Below, in pieces: positions 23,013 to 36,504 of a stretch of 63,874 bases of DNA (the stretch's first letter is position 1; the number at the start of each line of letters is the position of its first letter). This DNA is from Negaprion brevirostris (taxonomy: Eukaryota): contig JARDVH010000099.1 of the NCBI GenBank assembly GCA_030324005.1, positions 50,174,644-50,238,517 on the forward strand, read 5' to 3'. The position numbers were made by a program, and so were the translations under genes. A model generated the notes under the pieces. It was not told the DNA's origin. It saw nothing but the letters and a program-made list of their open reading frames with translations, and did not search any database.

Positions 23013-24519
23013 GGGACTATTTGACTACAAGTCTTTCTCACGCGTGTTTCTATTTTCCTGCTGATATCAGAATGGTTTCTAGGGCAGTTACCTCGAGTGG
23101 ACCCATAAAGATGATTACGGCCATAGCAACTACACTTGCTGCAAGATGCCAGGTAGAGGAAATGATGAAACATCTATTTCAAATCAGGTGGGGGCACCAA
23201 AAAGGAACAGTGACCTTCCTAAGGAGTCAGCCTGCAAATATCCAAATGCCTCGAGTGAAGGAGATGCCACTATAGCACACCAGAGAGAAACTGGGATTAC
23301 TCCCAGAATAACAGTACTCATGCTGATAAATTTCATGAGGGGATATGATCCATTATGATAGTCTCAGAACATGATCAATGCATGGTTAAACTCCAGTTCT
23401 GCACAGAGAATACTGGAAGAAGAACTGCATGAACATCAAAAAAACTAACTTCATTTATCTCAGTCTGGTAGTTCTTTTAAAGTTAAGTGATTATGCCAGA
23501 ATTTTACTAGTTCTGTGAAGACAAGCTGGGTGGCAAGAGAGCCTGCAAAATGGTCGTGCAAGGGAGGAATTGCCCAACATATTCCCATTGCCATGAGATA
23601 TTCTAAGTGGGCGTGGCAGCAGCGCAGTTGTCTGCTAACTGGTGGTGGATGGCCAATTAATTCAATTAAGTGAACAATTTGCTGCACTTTAAACCCCATC
23701 AGCATTTTACCAGCATCAATAGGAATCCTTGCTGTGTGGGAACACTGTCAGGCAGCATTGGCCACCTTCACAGCTCTGATACCCCTACTGAATGCATCAC
23801 TCCTCCAACTGTTGGCCGATCAATGGAACTTTAAAACAAAATCTCTTGGACCTTTCAGAGTGGACTATAATGGAGGCACCTTTTCCTTCTCCTTGCAGCC
23901 TCAGCTGCGGCTATTTCCATCATTGCATTGCTGAGGTTGGAGAGTTGCCAGCTTTCAGCTTTGAGAGACAGGCTGCTGAGCTAAATTGGTCAGCAGCCCT
24001 GTTCAGCTCTTGTAAAAATTCCAGCCACTATAACACAATAGCTATAAAGTGGCCTATAAACAATAACATGGATGGACAATGTCTCAAACTTCAAAGTCCA
24101 TTACTTGAAATTAATTCAAAATCAGTCCTAATCTCCTTGCTGGCCTATTAAGGAGTCTACAGACAAACTATCCCATCAAAATGTTAAACATTCCACTCAA
24201 ATCAGCACTTGTGATCTGTGACACAGAGCAGTACTCTGTATCTGAAGAATTACCCAAGGCTAGTTCAAAATCAAATCTCTTGTTCATTATTTTGGCCTTT
24301 TAAGTGAGTTTCCTCTCATTACTCTGCCTGCTGAAGACGGTAAATGAAATCTCTATGACAAGTGCCTTAGGTACTGACTTTAAAGGCAGTCAGGGTTGGT
24401 AATTAAAATATAAGCAGTGTTGGGATTGCATTTATTTATAATGAACAGTTCAGCTGGCAAGTGATTTAGTTTGTCATGCCATTCACTGCAATCTTAAAGC
24501 TCATGAAACACTTTTAAGA

Positions 24520-24950
24520 CCAGCCTACAAGCTCATTTTTAGAAGCAATGCAGAAGGTCCCAGCCAGAGGAGTTACAAGCTATCAGGAAAGTCAGAACTC
24601 GTTGGGGATCATTTCTTTAGAAAATGAAAGGTGAAGGGGCAACCTAATGGATGTCTTTTAAATTATGGCAGGACGTGACAGGGGTGGGGTAAACATGGAG
24701 AAAATGTTTCACTCATGGGCCAATCCAACATTAGGAACCCTAAATATAAGATAGTCATGAATAAGTAAAAGAAATTTAGAAGAAACTTCTTTACTCTGCA
24801 GGTGGTTGAAGTGTAGAACTTGCTACTCACGGAGTAGGTGGGTCAAATATCAAAGTATTAAAAGGAAGCTAAATGATACACTTGGGAAAAAGGAATTTGA
24901 AGTTATGATTCAAAAGGCTAGGTGAAGTAAGGTGGGAGGTGGCTTATGCA
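24520..24950 (+). mobile_element. Old CR1 fragment
   Basis: AATGCAGAAGGT...TTTCTTTAGAAAATGAAAGGTGAAGGGGCAACCTAAT...TTTAGAAGAAACTTCTTTACTC. Confidence 0.6.
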
Positions 24951-25152
24951 AACCGATCCAAAATGGCAATCATTTGTTTTCATTGGTTGCCAGCCTTTGC
25001 AAGTTTACATTTCAGACTTCCAGCATTCACTGTTTTCCTTTCACCACAACAATTGTATATGCGTGCCCAGAGAACAGAGCTCTCCTTCTGAAGACTATTT
25101 CCATGACAATTTACTAAAAAGATAAAGATAAATGCTAGTTGGCTTTCTGTAC

Positions 25153-25322
25153 CTTGTGACCTCTTGCTGTAGTTTTGAGACGCAGGGTACGTAAAACATC
25201 ACTCCAAAGAAAAGGAGGGGCTCATTGGCAAATTTGTCCAGTTGTTTTTTCAGAGCTTTTTCTAGTTCTACCCATCGTCCCTGCTGGGTTTTGCTGAGGA
25301 ACCAAAGTCCAAAATAATGGGT
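25153..25322 (-). CDS. PTPN14: PTPN14 second coding exon (FERM domain), not in ORF track
   Basis: Acceptor CCTTGTTTCTTCCAACAG|ACC, donor AAG|GTACAG, 170 nt. Reads [56 protein letters not shown](R), continuing the previous exon in phase 0 and matching PTPN14. Confidence 0.97.
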
Positions 25323-25588
25323 CTGTTGGAAGAAACAAGGCAGAGTTAAGTGACTGATATGTACATTCTCAGATTCCTACAGTTCTAAGTACCGATAAAA
25401 TTTCACAGCATACATTTTACTCCTGATAATGAAAAGTCCTTTTCTCAAGGAAGATGAATACTATAACTTAAACTAAACATGCAACAACATAAGAGGGAAA
25501 AACTGGTTGAAAAAAAATGGATCATTAAATGAAGGGATTCTGAATTAATAGATTACATTCATGGTTTCCTTTACTCTCCAAGACGCAG

Positions 25589-25638
25589 AATGATTTCCTA
25601 GAAACCGAATGATTCCCAAGAAACCAAATGATTTCCAA
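25589..25638 (+). repeat. 19-bp tandem repeat, ~2.6 copies
   Basis: AATGATTTCCTAGAAACCG / AATGATTCCCAAGAAACCA / AATGATTTCCAA. Confidence 0.85.
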
Positions 25639-28498
25639 TGCATGATTATTAAGGGATTAATTCTTCACGTAATGTTATGCGAGTGCTGGCAGCTCTAGAA
25701 CTTCCTTCAGAAGTGTATAACTCACAAAATCTTACACAGTATTTCACAAAAATTTCTGTTATTTAACTGTTGAGCAGAATTTCAAAGAAAATATAAATGC
25801 AATTTTGTGATACTCTTGTAACATTCTTCTGCATTTTCATGCACTTTATAACCATATCCAGGTTGTGCCAAATCTTGATAAGGATTTGGCCGAGAAGTGG
25901 ATTAATATTCTGCGTGACCTGGAGAACTTGTGCAACTTTATTATATCGTTCTGGGTGCAATTCTCTCTCCCGGTTATCCTGACACGGTCACATTCAACAA
26001 TATTTGACTTTCTTTTTTAAATACGAGCTTTCAAGTTGCACTGCTACAAGGACAATTGAACATCAGATACCATGTTAGTGAAAAGATTTCATTATGTGCA
26101 CAGCAAAGAAAAGCCAGAATTTGCATTTCAATTTACTGCAAGTACATCCAGCCCAAATTTGAAGTTCCAGTTCTGGCGAACAGTGACCTGCAGGGGTAAG
26201 GCACAAACTAGAAGCTACAGCAGAGATGAACTAGGGTGAAAAACAGCAGTGATCCCAAAATAATCACATTAAGGTCAGAGTAATGAAAGATACAAGGGGT
26301 GGAATTTTTCATTTTGTGCTGAGGCGAGAGTACCAGCGTGCTGTTGGCTTTCCTTGCCATATTGTGCAGCACTCTTGTGTAGAAAAGATGTGCAGGAGTG
26401 GCATACCCAGTGGGTTCCTTCACCTGGTTCATATTGATAAACCTGTGGTAAATCTCACTGATGTGACATTATCATGACAAGGGGGAATTCCTGACATGGG
26501 GGAGATGATACCATGGGAAAACCCTTTAATGAGATGTTATTTTACTGAAAACAAAGTTCCCAACCCTGTACACTGTGTACGTAGTCTACTGGGAGATCAG
26601 GGCTCCTGCGCAATGGCACCCCTGGAACTCAGCAGCCAGATTCTCAGGTGAGCTGCGGCTCCACCCTCCCCTTACTGGCGAGATTTGCATTACAGTTTCT
26701 ATATTGCATAGAGTGCCGTAAATTCGAAATACTTACCTCACTGAAAACAATGGGGAAAAAAAGTTTTGAATTTTTCTGAAAGAAATTGCACCCTTAATCT
26801 CTGCAAAAGAGAGAGTGGGTTAACACTAATTGAACTGAAGAAGATTTTGAGCAGTAAATAGCTTTATTCTACAAGAAGATGAAATAGAGTAATATAATTG
26901 CTATAACTTACATTTATCTAATAACAAAAATGAAGAATGTGCACTGCGACCCCTCCAAGCAGTGGGCCATCTTACTAAACTTAAACATAACGGATGGAAT
27001 TTTGCCATCCCACCTACCATGGGAATCGTAGCAGGTGGGACAGAAAAATTGTTGGGCCATTTAAAGGTCTGTAGGAATTATTAGTCTTCGGGCATGTGCA
27101 ACCAGAAAAATCCCACCATCACTTCCACTACATTCTCTCCTGTTGCTGGACACTCTCTTCACAACTCAACATGGGGCTGTTCTGAGAAACAAATACTTTT
27201 AAAGCAGCCCAACTTAAAACACAGCTTAACCCAATCGATGTTTAAGTATGTTTTAAAGGCCGTAGCGTCTCAAAACTGGTCATTTTCTGTCAGGCCTTTT
27301 AACCTAGGTTTACATGTTTGGATAACATTGTGCGCAAACAAGTCAGTGGCTCCAGATCTGCAGATCACAGTAGTGTGGGATGGTTGTCCTTGACTGGGGT
27401 GTTGCGTAGGTGGAGTTTCAATGCTAGGCCCCTCCATGTTCTGGATAAATTGGGTGACTGAAGATGACCAAGTCAAATAGCTCTTTAACAATGCACCCAA
27501 GTTCCTATGATTCCCTTAAATCGATCTGTAGACTTTTCAGACTTGTCTATATTTTGCTGAGCTTCAATTCCACAATTTACCAATATTTTAAGATGCTCGT
27601 CTCATTATAAGATCGTATAAAGGAGGCTGGGCTATCGCAGTCACTCTACTGTTATAATGAAGGGACCGTCATCGCTTGGCACCTTTAATTACACCACCAT
27701 ATCACCTAATTATCTATTTCGTTCTCCCGACTGGAATGAGCAAAGCAAGAATATCGGCACTTAGAACCACTTCAATATTGGAAGTCAGGTGTTACCACCT
27801 CCTGGCGGTCAGATATAATGCCACCAAATCAAAGATGAACACAACCCAACCAGCGAAGTAAACCTTCTGAATATAAAAAAAGGCAAAAATATCTAAGTAT
27901 TAGAAAAGACAAAATGTATTTTAAGAAAGATATCTACATCTACATGACTCAACTTCCTATTGTCAATTTTTGTGGCAACTTTTTCTCATTATGTATCCCT
28001 GAATGGACTGTTGCCAAACCTCCCCACTGTTATGTCCCTGCAGCTTGTCTCCACTCGTCACCAAGTGGTGGCACTGTCGGGGCTGTGTTCTGTATTTAGC
28101 TGTTTTTCTGCATCTGTTTCTGCTCCTGCTCGGCCAAGATCCAACATCAGTCCACTCGAAACAAAGCTTTTTCTTTGTAAAAATGACCTGCTTTTCCTGA
28201 TACAGGAAGGGACAGAACGTGAGCTAGTGTTACCAGAGAATGCAGAGAAAGAAACAAAAAGCTGAAAGACCAGCACAAATCCAATCTTATTTAGATAAAA
28301 TTCTGCTTTATTTTCCCCTGGGGGAAAAGTTTCCTGGCAAGTTTATTTTTTATACAAAAAAAAAATCAACCCACCTTTCCACAGGAAATCAGAGGTCATT
28401 AAGAGCTGCTTTTTATGTGACAAATCAATCCAACTGGGGCTCAGTTATATTCCAGGGCCAATCTAGTGATAGTTTCCAGTTTAAGAGAAAGGAATATA

Positions 28499-28778
28499 GG
28501 GTGACACAGTAGCAGAGTGGTTAGCACTGCTGTCTCACAGCACCAGGGACCCAGGTTCGATTCCTGGCTTGAGTCACTGTCTGTGCAGAATCTGCATGTT
28601 CTCCCCATGTCTGCATGGGGGGGCTCCAATTTCTTCCCACTTGCTGGTTAGGTGCATTGGCCATGCTAAATTTTCCCTCTGTGTACCCGAACAGGTGCCA
28701 GAGTATGGCGATTTTCACAGCAAGTTCATTGCAGTATTAATGTAAGTCTACTTGCAACACTAATAAACAAACAAAAAA
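28499..28778 (+). mobile_element. V-SINE with type B tail
   Basis: GTGGTTAGCACTGCTG...GGTTCGATTCC head and type B tail ending AATAAACAAACAAAAA. Confidence 0.85.
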
Positions 28779-28779
28779 C

Positions 28780-29065
28780 CAATAAGGTTTAAAGGCAAGA
28801 GGGGAGAGATACAGAAGTGTCCAGAGGGGCAAATATTTCATACAGTGGGTGGAGAGTGCCTGGAATGAGCTGCCAGAGGTAGTAGTAGAGGTGGGTACAA
28901 TTTTGTCTTTTAAAAAGCATTTAGACAGTTACGTGGGTAAAGTGAGTTTGGAGGGATATGGGCCAAAATGCAGGCAATTGGGACTAGCTTAGTGTAAAAA
29001 AAAAGGCAGACAAGTTTTGCTGAAGGGCCTGTTTCCATGCTGTAAATTTCTATGACTCGATGACT
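28780..29065 (+). mobile_element. CR1 (HER1-like) 3' end with (CTATGACT)-type terminal repeat
   Basis: TGGAATGAGCTGCCAGAGG (WNELPE) and terminus GAAGGGCCTGTTTCCATGCTGTAAATTTCTATGACTCGATGACTC. Confidence 0.8.
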
Positions 29066-29489
29066 CTAAGGCAAGGTGGTCACTTGATAGCAAATAGGTT
29101 GAACAAGAGGCTTTCAAATAATCATACTCACTTAATTTCCATAAGGATTATTCTGAATAATTTGCAGTATTCACCCTGTTTTTTCTCCCCAAAGGGATAT
29201 CCACTGAGCTTCACTACTACTGAAAAGTTTGGGTGCCTGAATCAACTGACATGTTGGATTTTCCTTTTCAGGACAAAATATTGTTTTAAAAATTATGCTG
29301 AAAACAGCTGAATAATTTTAACATGTAAAAGATCTAGTTATTGAGTCACTGTGCCTGCTTACTCTAGTGGGAAAGCCTTGAGGTCCGACTAACTAGATGC
29401 AGTCTATTATTCAGTTGCTTTCTTTGGAGGGGAATTCTTAAAGATATTAAGAACGTAGGAAATAGGCGCAGGAATACTCCACACAATTC

Positions 29490-30020
29490 CTTCACAGAAC
29501 CACAGAATTGTTACAGCACAGAAGGAGGATTTCATGTCTGCGCCAGTTCTCCAAATGAGCATTACAACTTAGGTGTCATTCTCCTGCCTTTTTCCCCACA
29601 TCCTTGCACATTATTTGAATTGAAACTCATGCAAAGCCCTCCTGGATGCCTCAATTGAACCTGCCTCCGCTACACTTCCAGGTAGTGCATTCCAGACCCA
29701 AACTATTCACGGTGTGAAAAATATTTTGCTCACATCACATTTGCTTCTTTTGCAAATTAATTGAAATCTATGCCTTCTCATGTTTGATCTGAGTGGGAAC
29801 AGTTTCTCCCCTTCGACACTGCCCTCATGATTTTGATCATCTGTATCCAAACTCCCTTTATCTGCCTTCTCTCCAAGGAAAACAGTCCCAGCTTCTCCAA
29901 TCTATCCTCATAACTCAAGTTTTTCATCACTGGAACAATTCAGTAAAAACTTCTATGCAAGTGTACCCTTCCTTAAATATGGTGACCAAAACTATTCCAG
30001 ATTTGGTCTCACCAAGGCAT
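29490..30020 (-). mobile_element. CR1 3' fragment
   Basis: GGATAGATTGGAGAAGCTGGGACTGTTTTCCTTGGAGAGAAGG, homologous to 32660-32710. Confidence 0.75.
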
Positions 30021-30199
30021 AAGTTAGTTCCAAAGAAATTAGTTAAGTTTTACTCTCAATAAATTAGAGCTCACCATTACAAATTACATCCCAAAATTAA
30101 AGGATGAGCAATGGTGTAAGAAGAGCAAGGAATATAAAGCAGCAAACATCAGAGCAGGAAAAACATTTGAGAGAAACTTAAAAGACAAACTCCGACAAC

Positions 30200-30900
30200 C
30201 TTCTACGGCCTTATACACTCTAGGGTTCTAAAAGAGATAGCTGCAGAAACAGTGGATACACTGGTTAAGATTTTCTAAAATTCCCTAAATTTTAGAATGA
30301 TCCTAGCAAATTGGAAGTTAGCAATTATAACACAGCTATTCAAGAAAAGAGGGAGGGAGAAAACCAAGAATTACAAGCCAGTTAGTCTGACATCAGTTAT
30401 TGGGGAAATATTGTAACCTGTTAAGGGCATATTAAATATGCACTTTGTCTAATCATGCAAATATTTCCCAAGTCAACATGGTTTTATTGAAGGGAAATCA
30501 CATTAAACAAATTTGTTAAAAAGATTTTTGAGCATGCAACTAGCAAAGCAGATAACAGGAAACTTGTAGATGCAATGTATTTGGATTTTCAAAAGACATT
30601 CATAAACATACCATACAAAAGGTTAGAGCGCAGGAAAGAGCTCCTGAAATTGGTGGTGATTTATTAGCTTCGATAAAGCATTGGTTAATAAACTGGAAGC
30701 AAAGAGCATGGATAAACAGGCCATTTTTAAGTTGTTAGGCTGTAACTGTTGGAGTTGGAGTGTGACAAATGTTAGTGATTGTTAGTCGCTGAGGCCCAAT
30801 CTATATATTACTAACTTAGATGGGAGACCAAGACTATTATATCTAGGCTTCCTGACAATACAAAAACACATGGGATGTAAATTGTGAGGAGGACACAAAG
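30200..30900 (+). mobile_element. CR1 reverse-transcriptase fragment (decayed)
   Basis: Remnants NYKPVSLTSV, QHGF and VDAMYLDFQK. Confidence 0.8.
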
Positions 30901-30904
30901 AACA

Positions 30905-31499
30905 ACATGCCCCTGTCTACATCAATGAGGACAAAGTAGCAAGAGGCAAGAGCTTCTACTTTCTCAGAAGATTAAAGAAATTTGGCATGTCAGCTATGAC
31001 TCTCACCAACTTTTACAGATGCACCACGTCATTTTTTCTGGTTGTATCACAGGTTGGTATGGCTCCTGCTCTGCCTAAGCTGCAAGGAATTACGAAAGGC
31101 CCTGAATGTAGCTCAATCCATCATGCAAATCAGTCTTCCAGCCATTGACCCTGTCTACACTTCCTGCTGCCTCGATAAAGCAGCCAGCATAATTAAGGAC
31201 CCCACGCACCCCGGGCATTCTCTCTTCCACCTTCTTCCTTCAGAAAAAGATAACAAAAGTCTCAGGTCACGTACCAACCTACTAAGAACTGCGTCTTCCC
31301 TGCTGCTGTCAGACTTCTGAATGGACTTATCTTGCATTAAGTTGATCTTTCTCTACACCCTAGCTATGACTGTAACACTACATTCTGCACTTTCTTGTTT
31401 CCTTCTCTATGAATGGTATGGTTTGTCTGTATAGCATGCAAGAAACAATAGTTTTTACTGTATGTTAATACATGTGACAATAGTAAATCAAATCAAATC
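30905..31499 (+). mobile_element. Rex1/Babar-like LINE 3' end
   Basis: Remnants YFLRRLKKFGMS..TLTNFYRCT and ASIIKDPTHPGHSLFHLLPS, ending in (AAATC)3. Confidence 0.8.
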
Positions 31500-32104
31500 C
31501 AAGTAGCCAGGCCAGGAATAAGGGATGGTTCATTTTCCAGCTCCCCAGGGGGAGAGGTTGTAAACAAGTCCTGCTTCACAGCCCTCAGATGAGCACCTCA
31601 ATGGGAAGCAGGTAGGGACGTGCTTAGTTAGGCATATAAACCCAGATGTAGGGCATGTTGAGTGTGTGTCATTCTCCGGTTGATGTCAAGAAACATAGTG
31701 GAAGCCTGGGTCCAACTTGGCAGAATGCATGTCATGGAGCTTTCTCTTTCTGCAGCCTCTTCTCCATCTCTTTGTCATGCTGCAGACCCATTGGGATTGA
31801 CGCTGCAGACCTTCCTACCTGTTGCAGTCTTTGTGCAGACAGACAACCTATTCCTCTACTCCTCTCTGGAAAATCCATCAACTCACCAAGACACCCCCAA
31901 AAAATACTCGCGTATTCCCAGATACATTGTAAGAGGAAATGTTCCAAGAAATTAATTGAACTCCATTTAGGGTATTTGATGGTTTACATTAACTATGCTA
32001 TTAGAGAGCCCATCCTGTAGCTTCACACTTGCTTTTTCCTGGAATAAACAACAACAATGCTGTCTGAACATACATGTGTAGCAATTAATATATTTCAGAC
32101 TAGC

Positions 32105-33075
32105 GAAGGTTGTAATGGAGTTCCTCAGGAATTAGTGTTTGGACCCTTGTTCTTCCTGATAAATAGTAATGACCTAAACCTTGGTACACAATTTCAATAT
32201 TTGTGGATGATATGAAACTTGGAAGCATTGTAAGGAGGATAGTGTAGCAATTCAAAAGGGCATAGCCATTTGGTGAAATAGGTTGTTAAATGACGGATGA
32301 AAATTAATGTAGAGAAGTGTGATATGATTCATTTTGGTAGGAAGAACGTGGAGAGGCAACATAAAATAAAAGGTATAATTCTAAATAGAGTGCAGGAGTA
32401 AAGGGAGCTGCATATAAGTGTATAAGTGCATAAATCATAGGGAAGACAGGTTGAGAGAGCAGTTAATAAAGTATACAATATCTGAGGCTTCATTAATGGG
32501 GCCATGGAGTGTAAAACAAGGATGTTATATTAAATTTGTTCAGCCTCATCTGGAGTTTTGCGGCCAGTTCTGAGTGCCACATTTTAGGAAGGAAATAAAG
32601 ATATTAGAGCATTCACAGAAAAGATTCATAAAAATAGTCCCAGGAAAGAGGAACTTCAGTTATATAGAAAGATTGGAGGAGTTGGGACTGTTTTCCTTGG
32701 AGAAGAGAAAGTTCAGTGTAGAGTTGACAGTTATTCAAAATCACGAGGCGTCTGGACAGAGTAGATAGGGAGAGAATGTTCCCATTGATGGAATAATTGA
32801 GAACAAGAGGGCACAGATTGAAGGTAGTTGGCAAAACAAGAAATGGGGACCAGAGGAAAAGTTAGGTTGTAGATTTTACTGCCTGACAGTGTGGTTGAGG
32901 CTGGTTCTATCCAAGCATGCAAGAGGGATTTGGATTATCTGAAAAGAAAGAATTTTCAGAGCTGTGGGTTTAGGTCTGAGGGGATGGGGTTGGCGGCATC
33001 AGATAAATTGCTCACAGGGAGAGCCAGTATAGGTACAATAGACCGGATGGCCTCCTTCTATGATTCTGTGATCCC
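32105..33075 (+). mobile_element. CR1 RT C-terminus to 3' end (decayed)
   Basis: Remnants GVPQ.LVFGPLFF, FVDDMKL, FNxEKC and TRGH, with terminus ATGGCCTCCTTCTATGATTCTGTGAT. Confidence 0.85.
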
Positions 33076-36000
33076 TAAATGTTGCACATTCAGGCAACAT
33101 GACATAGTGACTAGAACCACTGAATCCAATATAACATTGAAAGGACAATTCAGTTTTGTACCAGCTCATGGCAGTTACCTGGAATATTGAACTACACTGA
33201 TGACAAAAGCGTTTTACGATGTTCAAAATTTATAAGTGCATTGAAAAGAAACGATGTGATTTAACAAAATATCCAAATAAAATATTATGAGCTTGAATTA
33301 GCCAGAATCGTGATCATAGAGAAAACAAGCAAGAAACAGCCTCACCAGAAGTGCATGACTTTCAATTCGAGCAAGAACGAACATGAGAGCAGTATAAATA
33401 GGAAGGAGAGCAAGCGTGAAAGGAACGCAGATTGCAAGAAGAGATGGCATTTGAGAAAATGAAGAAGGAGAAAATGTTGTTATGTGGAACAGACAAGAAG
33501 AAGAAAGAACATTGCTAAACTCATTAACTAAGAGAGAAACAAATCCACAGAAGATGTTTATATCTTTGGGGAAATTGAATTATTCGCTGCTTATTAAAAG
33601 TGGGTCAAAAATGAAAGGTGTTGCTTTATGCCAGGGTACTCACATTTTTCTCAAGTCAATCCAACAATAATTTTGAATATAATTTAGTGAATCATAGCAT
33701 TCTCAGGGATTATTAATTAGTGTCTGAAGCATGAAGTATAAATTTAAAGAAACAAAAGAAAGATTTGTTTATGCATTTAGAAAAATGGATTTCCAGCTTG
33801 AAAAAACATGACAGATATATTTGGATAGTGGAAATGGAAATCTATGAATGTGGCTGCTAAGACATAGATTTCTGGAAATAGTTTTGGATAATTTAAGAAT
33901 CTGGTTATTTGATAGGGTGTGTTAAATTCTTAGCTGGTTGTGTATGCTGATGACTTTATAGCCTTGCATGCAGAAGGGTGTTACTTCCCTAAATATTGGA
34001 CATCCCAATGACTTGGAGAAATGAGCTTGAATATTCCCAAGAGAATATTGAAGGCAATATTGGAATTTGTAACACCCACCTGCTTTTTCCTTGATTTCCT
34101 TATCATTCAATCTCTACCTATTTAACCATCCCTCCTGCACTGCCCGTGGTTTGACATTAATTATTCCCTCAGACAATGGCCATCCCTCTTTCAAAATCCA
34201 TATTGTTCCTCTTCTCAAAAGAATCAATCTTCAACCCATTTATCTCCTCTAATCCCACATATCCCTAACCTCCTTTACCCCTCTAAAGTCCTCAGACAAG
34301 TTATCATCTTGACCTATGCTCATTTGTCCTAAAATGCAGTCATTAACATCCTGTCCTGAAAGAACAAGTTCCATTTATCTTTTTCTCCCATTTCTCAACT
34401 GCTTACATAGGCTTTCAAATCTTATCCTCACCTTTAAATTGCTCATAATATCTTTGCTACCTTTTCCAGATTTATGTTCCCTCCCAAACCCTTTTGATCA
34501 TCCTACTCTGTCTTTCACTATCGCCCCTTCCTTCACCCAACTATTGGTAGGATGTTCTTGTTAGCACTGGAACCCCCACCTAAAGAAACCAGCTGTCATT
34601 TTCTCTTCTTTAACATCGTTATTAAAACCTATAATTTTCAATCAACTTTAGATGACCCCTTCTAATCTCACGCTTTCAGAATCCATTCCTATATTTATTG
34701 CTATTTATATTTTTCTCTCCCCAAGTGAAGTGTTTTAGGTAGTTTTCTATATTAAAGGGATTACATATATGCATGTTACCTTTGTCATCGTCCTCTCCCT
34801 ATCTTTTAGACACACTTCCAAAGTATCATAATGATCAGGAACAGAAATCCAAATTGATATTTCTCTCCGCAACCCAAGGATGTGGAAAATAACACCTCAA
34901 ATGCTATCCTGGCTGATACCATCTAACTTAGCACATGGCCAAACTTCAAATTTTCTTGATCTATCAGGCTCAATTGTTCACTTCATAAACTGACAGCCAT
35001 TGCGGGAGTTTATTTATCATTCTTCTGTAGAGAGGAAACCATCAATAACCACCTAATGGAACTTATAACATCCTCTCTGATTCCTGGGCACATATCTGCC
35101 CAGTAATGAATCTTCTCTGGAAAATACAGCATCTATTCCATGTATCCCATCAATGTAATCGAACATCTCTGTTTTAACGCACAAATCAACTTTTAAAATA
35201 TCATTATCCTTTCCAATTTTTAATTGTTACCAATTTGTTTTGTTGCTCAGATTCAGTCTACCTGAAATAAATAGATGTTCTACTAAATTTAATTTTATAA
35301 TGTTACTCATAATTAGAATATATTTTGCTTTTGTCAACACATAAAATTAAGTCCGATCTTTGGTTCTTTGCAACTTTTACCTTGCTTACTGAAATACACT
35401 GGAAAATAAATCATGCATGATTCAGCTGCCATTTACCATTAGGGATGAAAACGTACTTAGCAAATTCATAGAAGCTGACAAGTGAATTTGATTTATTACT
35501 CTCGTAAGTAAGAAAATCTTAAAATGTTTATACATACGAAAAGGTGGGCGAGAATGACATACATTTTCTGTTACAAAATCCCACACTTGAAATTGGGAAA
35601 ATAATTTAGAAAAACTGCCATATCTGAGCACTCTGGCACAGCATGTTGTGTGAAGGATTGAAAACATTAACTAGTATCATAACTCTTTGGTATAACACCT
35701 GTGCTTCCACACTTACTTTATGAATTAAGTCTTTTTTTGTATTTTGTATGCAAACACTTATCTGATATGACTTTTAAATTTTTCAGCAGCAAATATGTTT
35801 GTCAATCGACTACGAAGAAGAACGTGTATATGCAATCTTGCAAAGGTAATAAACACATAATATAGGGAACACTTTGTTGGTAGAGAAGTAATAAATATAA
35901 TTTAAAATGGGAGATATAAAATCAACTTCACACCATAGTATTAACTTAATATGAACTCATCCTGCATCTATTTGTAACATTTTCTCCAAAGAGAAAAAAT

Positions 36001-36504
36001 GCATCCCTTCCCCTAGCTGAATTTAGAATGAAGAAAGAACAGAAAATGCTAGAAAAGCACAGCAGCTCCCTCAACATCTGAAAGAGAAAAGATAGCTTAA
36101 CATTTTGGGACAGACTCTCCCTTGATCAGGCTATTGATTTCAAAATAGATTTCCTTGCCAGCTGTGATGTTCAGGTTATGCATTGTTCACAGAGACATTG
36201 GAAGTACAGAAATAGGGAAGTTGGTGAGATGTTGGGGCAGCTGCATCCAGGTTTTGCCCTTAGAACTCCAAAATGGTGTCCACGGCATATGGTTTGAATC
36301 AAGCAGGTGAAGGTGTTAGCACATACACAAGTGAAGAAAGCTTCCATTTCACTGAGGAGGTTTCAGGCTAGTCTACATCTAATGACCTGCTCCAAAAACT
36401 CTAGCTATGACAAATTGCACCACAGCAACTGAGACAGTGCAGAAAATTCTAAAACAGTGAGCGAGTTCCAAATAAAACAAGCCAAATTCTAAAAAAAAGT
36501 TAAT

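Larger units (their letters stand above)
1..25152 (-). other. PTPN14: PTPN14 next intron (partial; next exon YQYYLQ... not found in window)
   Basis: Starts with the GT donor at 25152. No match to the following FERM exon was seen by eye, though it could lie in an N gap. Confidence 0.75.

Noticed and set aside
25589-25638. CRISPR-like or other prokaryotic system
   Set aside because: The repeats have no spacers and there are no cas genes; the window is vertebrate intronic DNA.
28058-28276. Exon-like minus-strand ORF with a pyrimidine-rich upstream tract
   Set aside because: No similarity to PTPN14 or any protein I recognise, and no convincing donor.
33300-34050. Possible Gypsy gag-like remnant (Glu/Lys/Arg-rich, purine-biased)
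   Set aside because: Too decayed, with no diagnostic motif or LTR to support a call.
36040-36130. Degenerate second-family pLTR/hammerhead remnants here, at ~36960-37035 and at ~40385-40490
   Set aside because: The CUGANGA and GAAA boxes are mutated, so they are not supportable as ribozymes.
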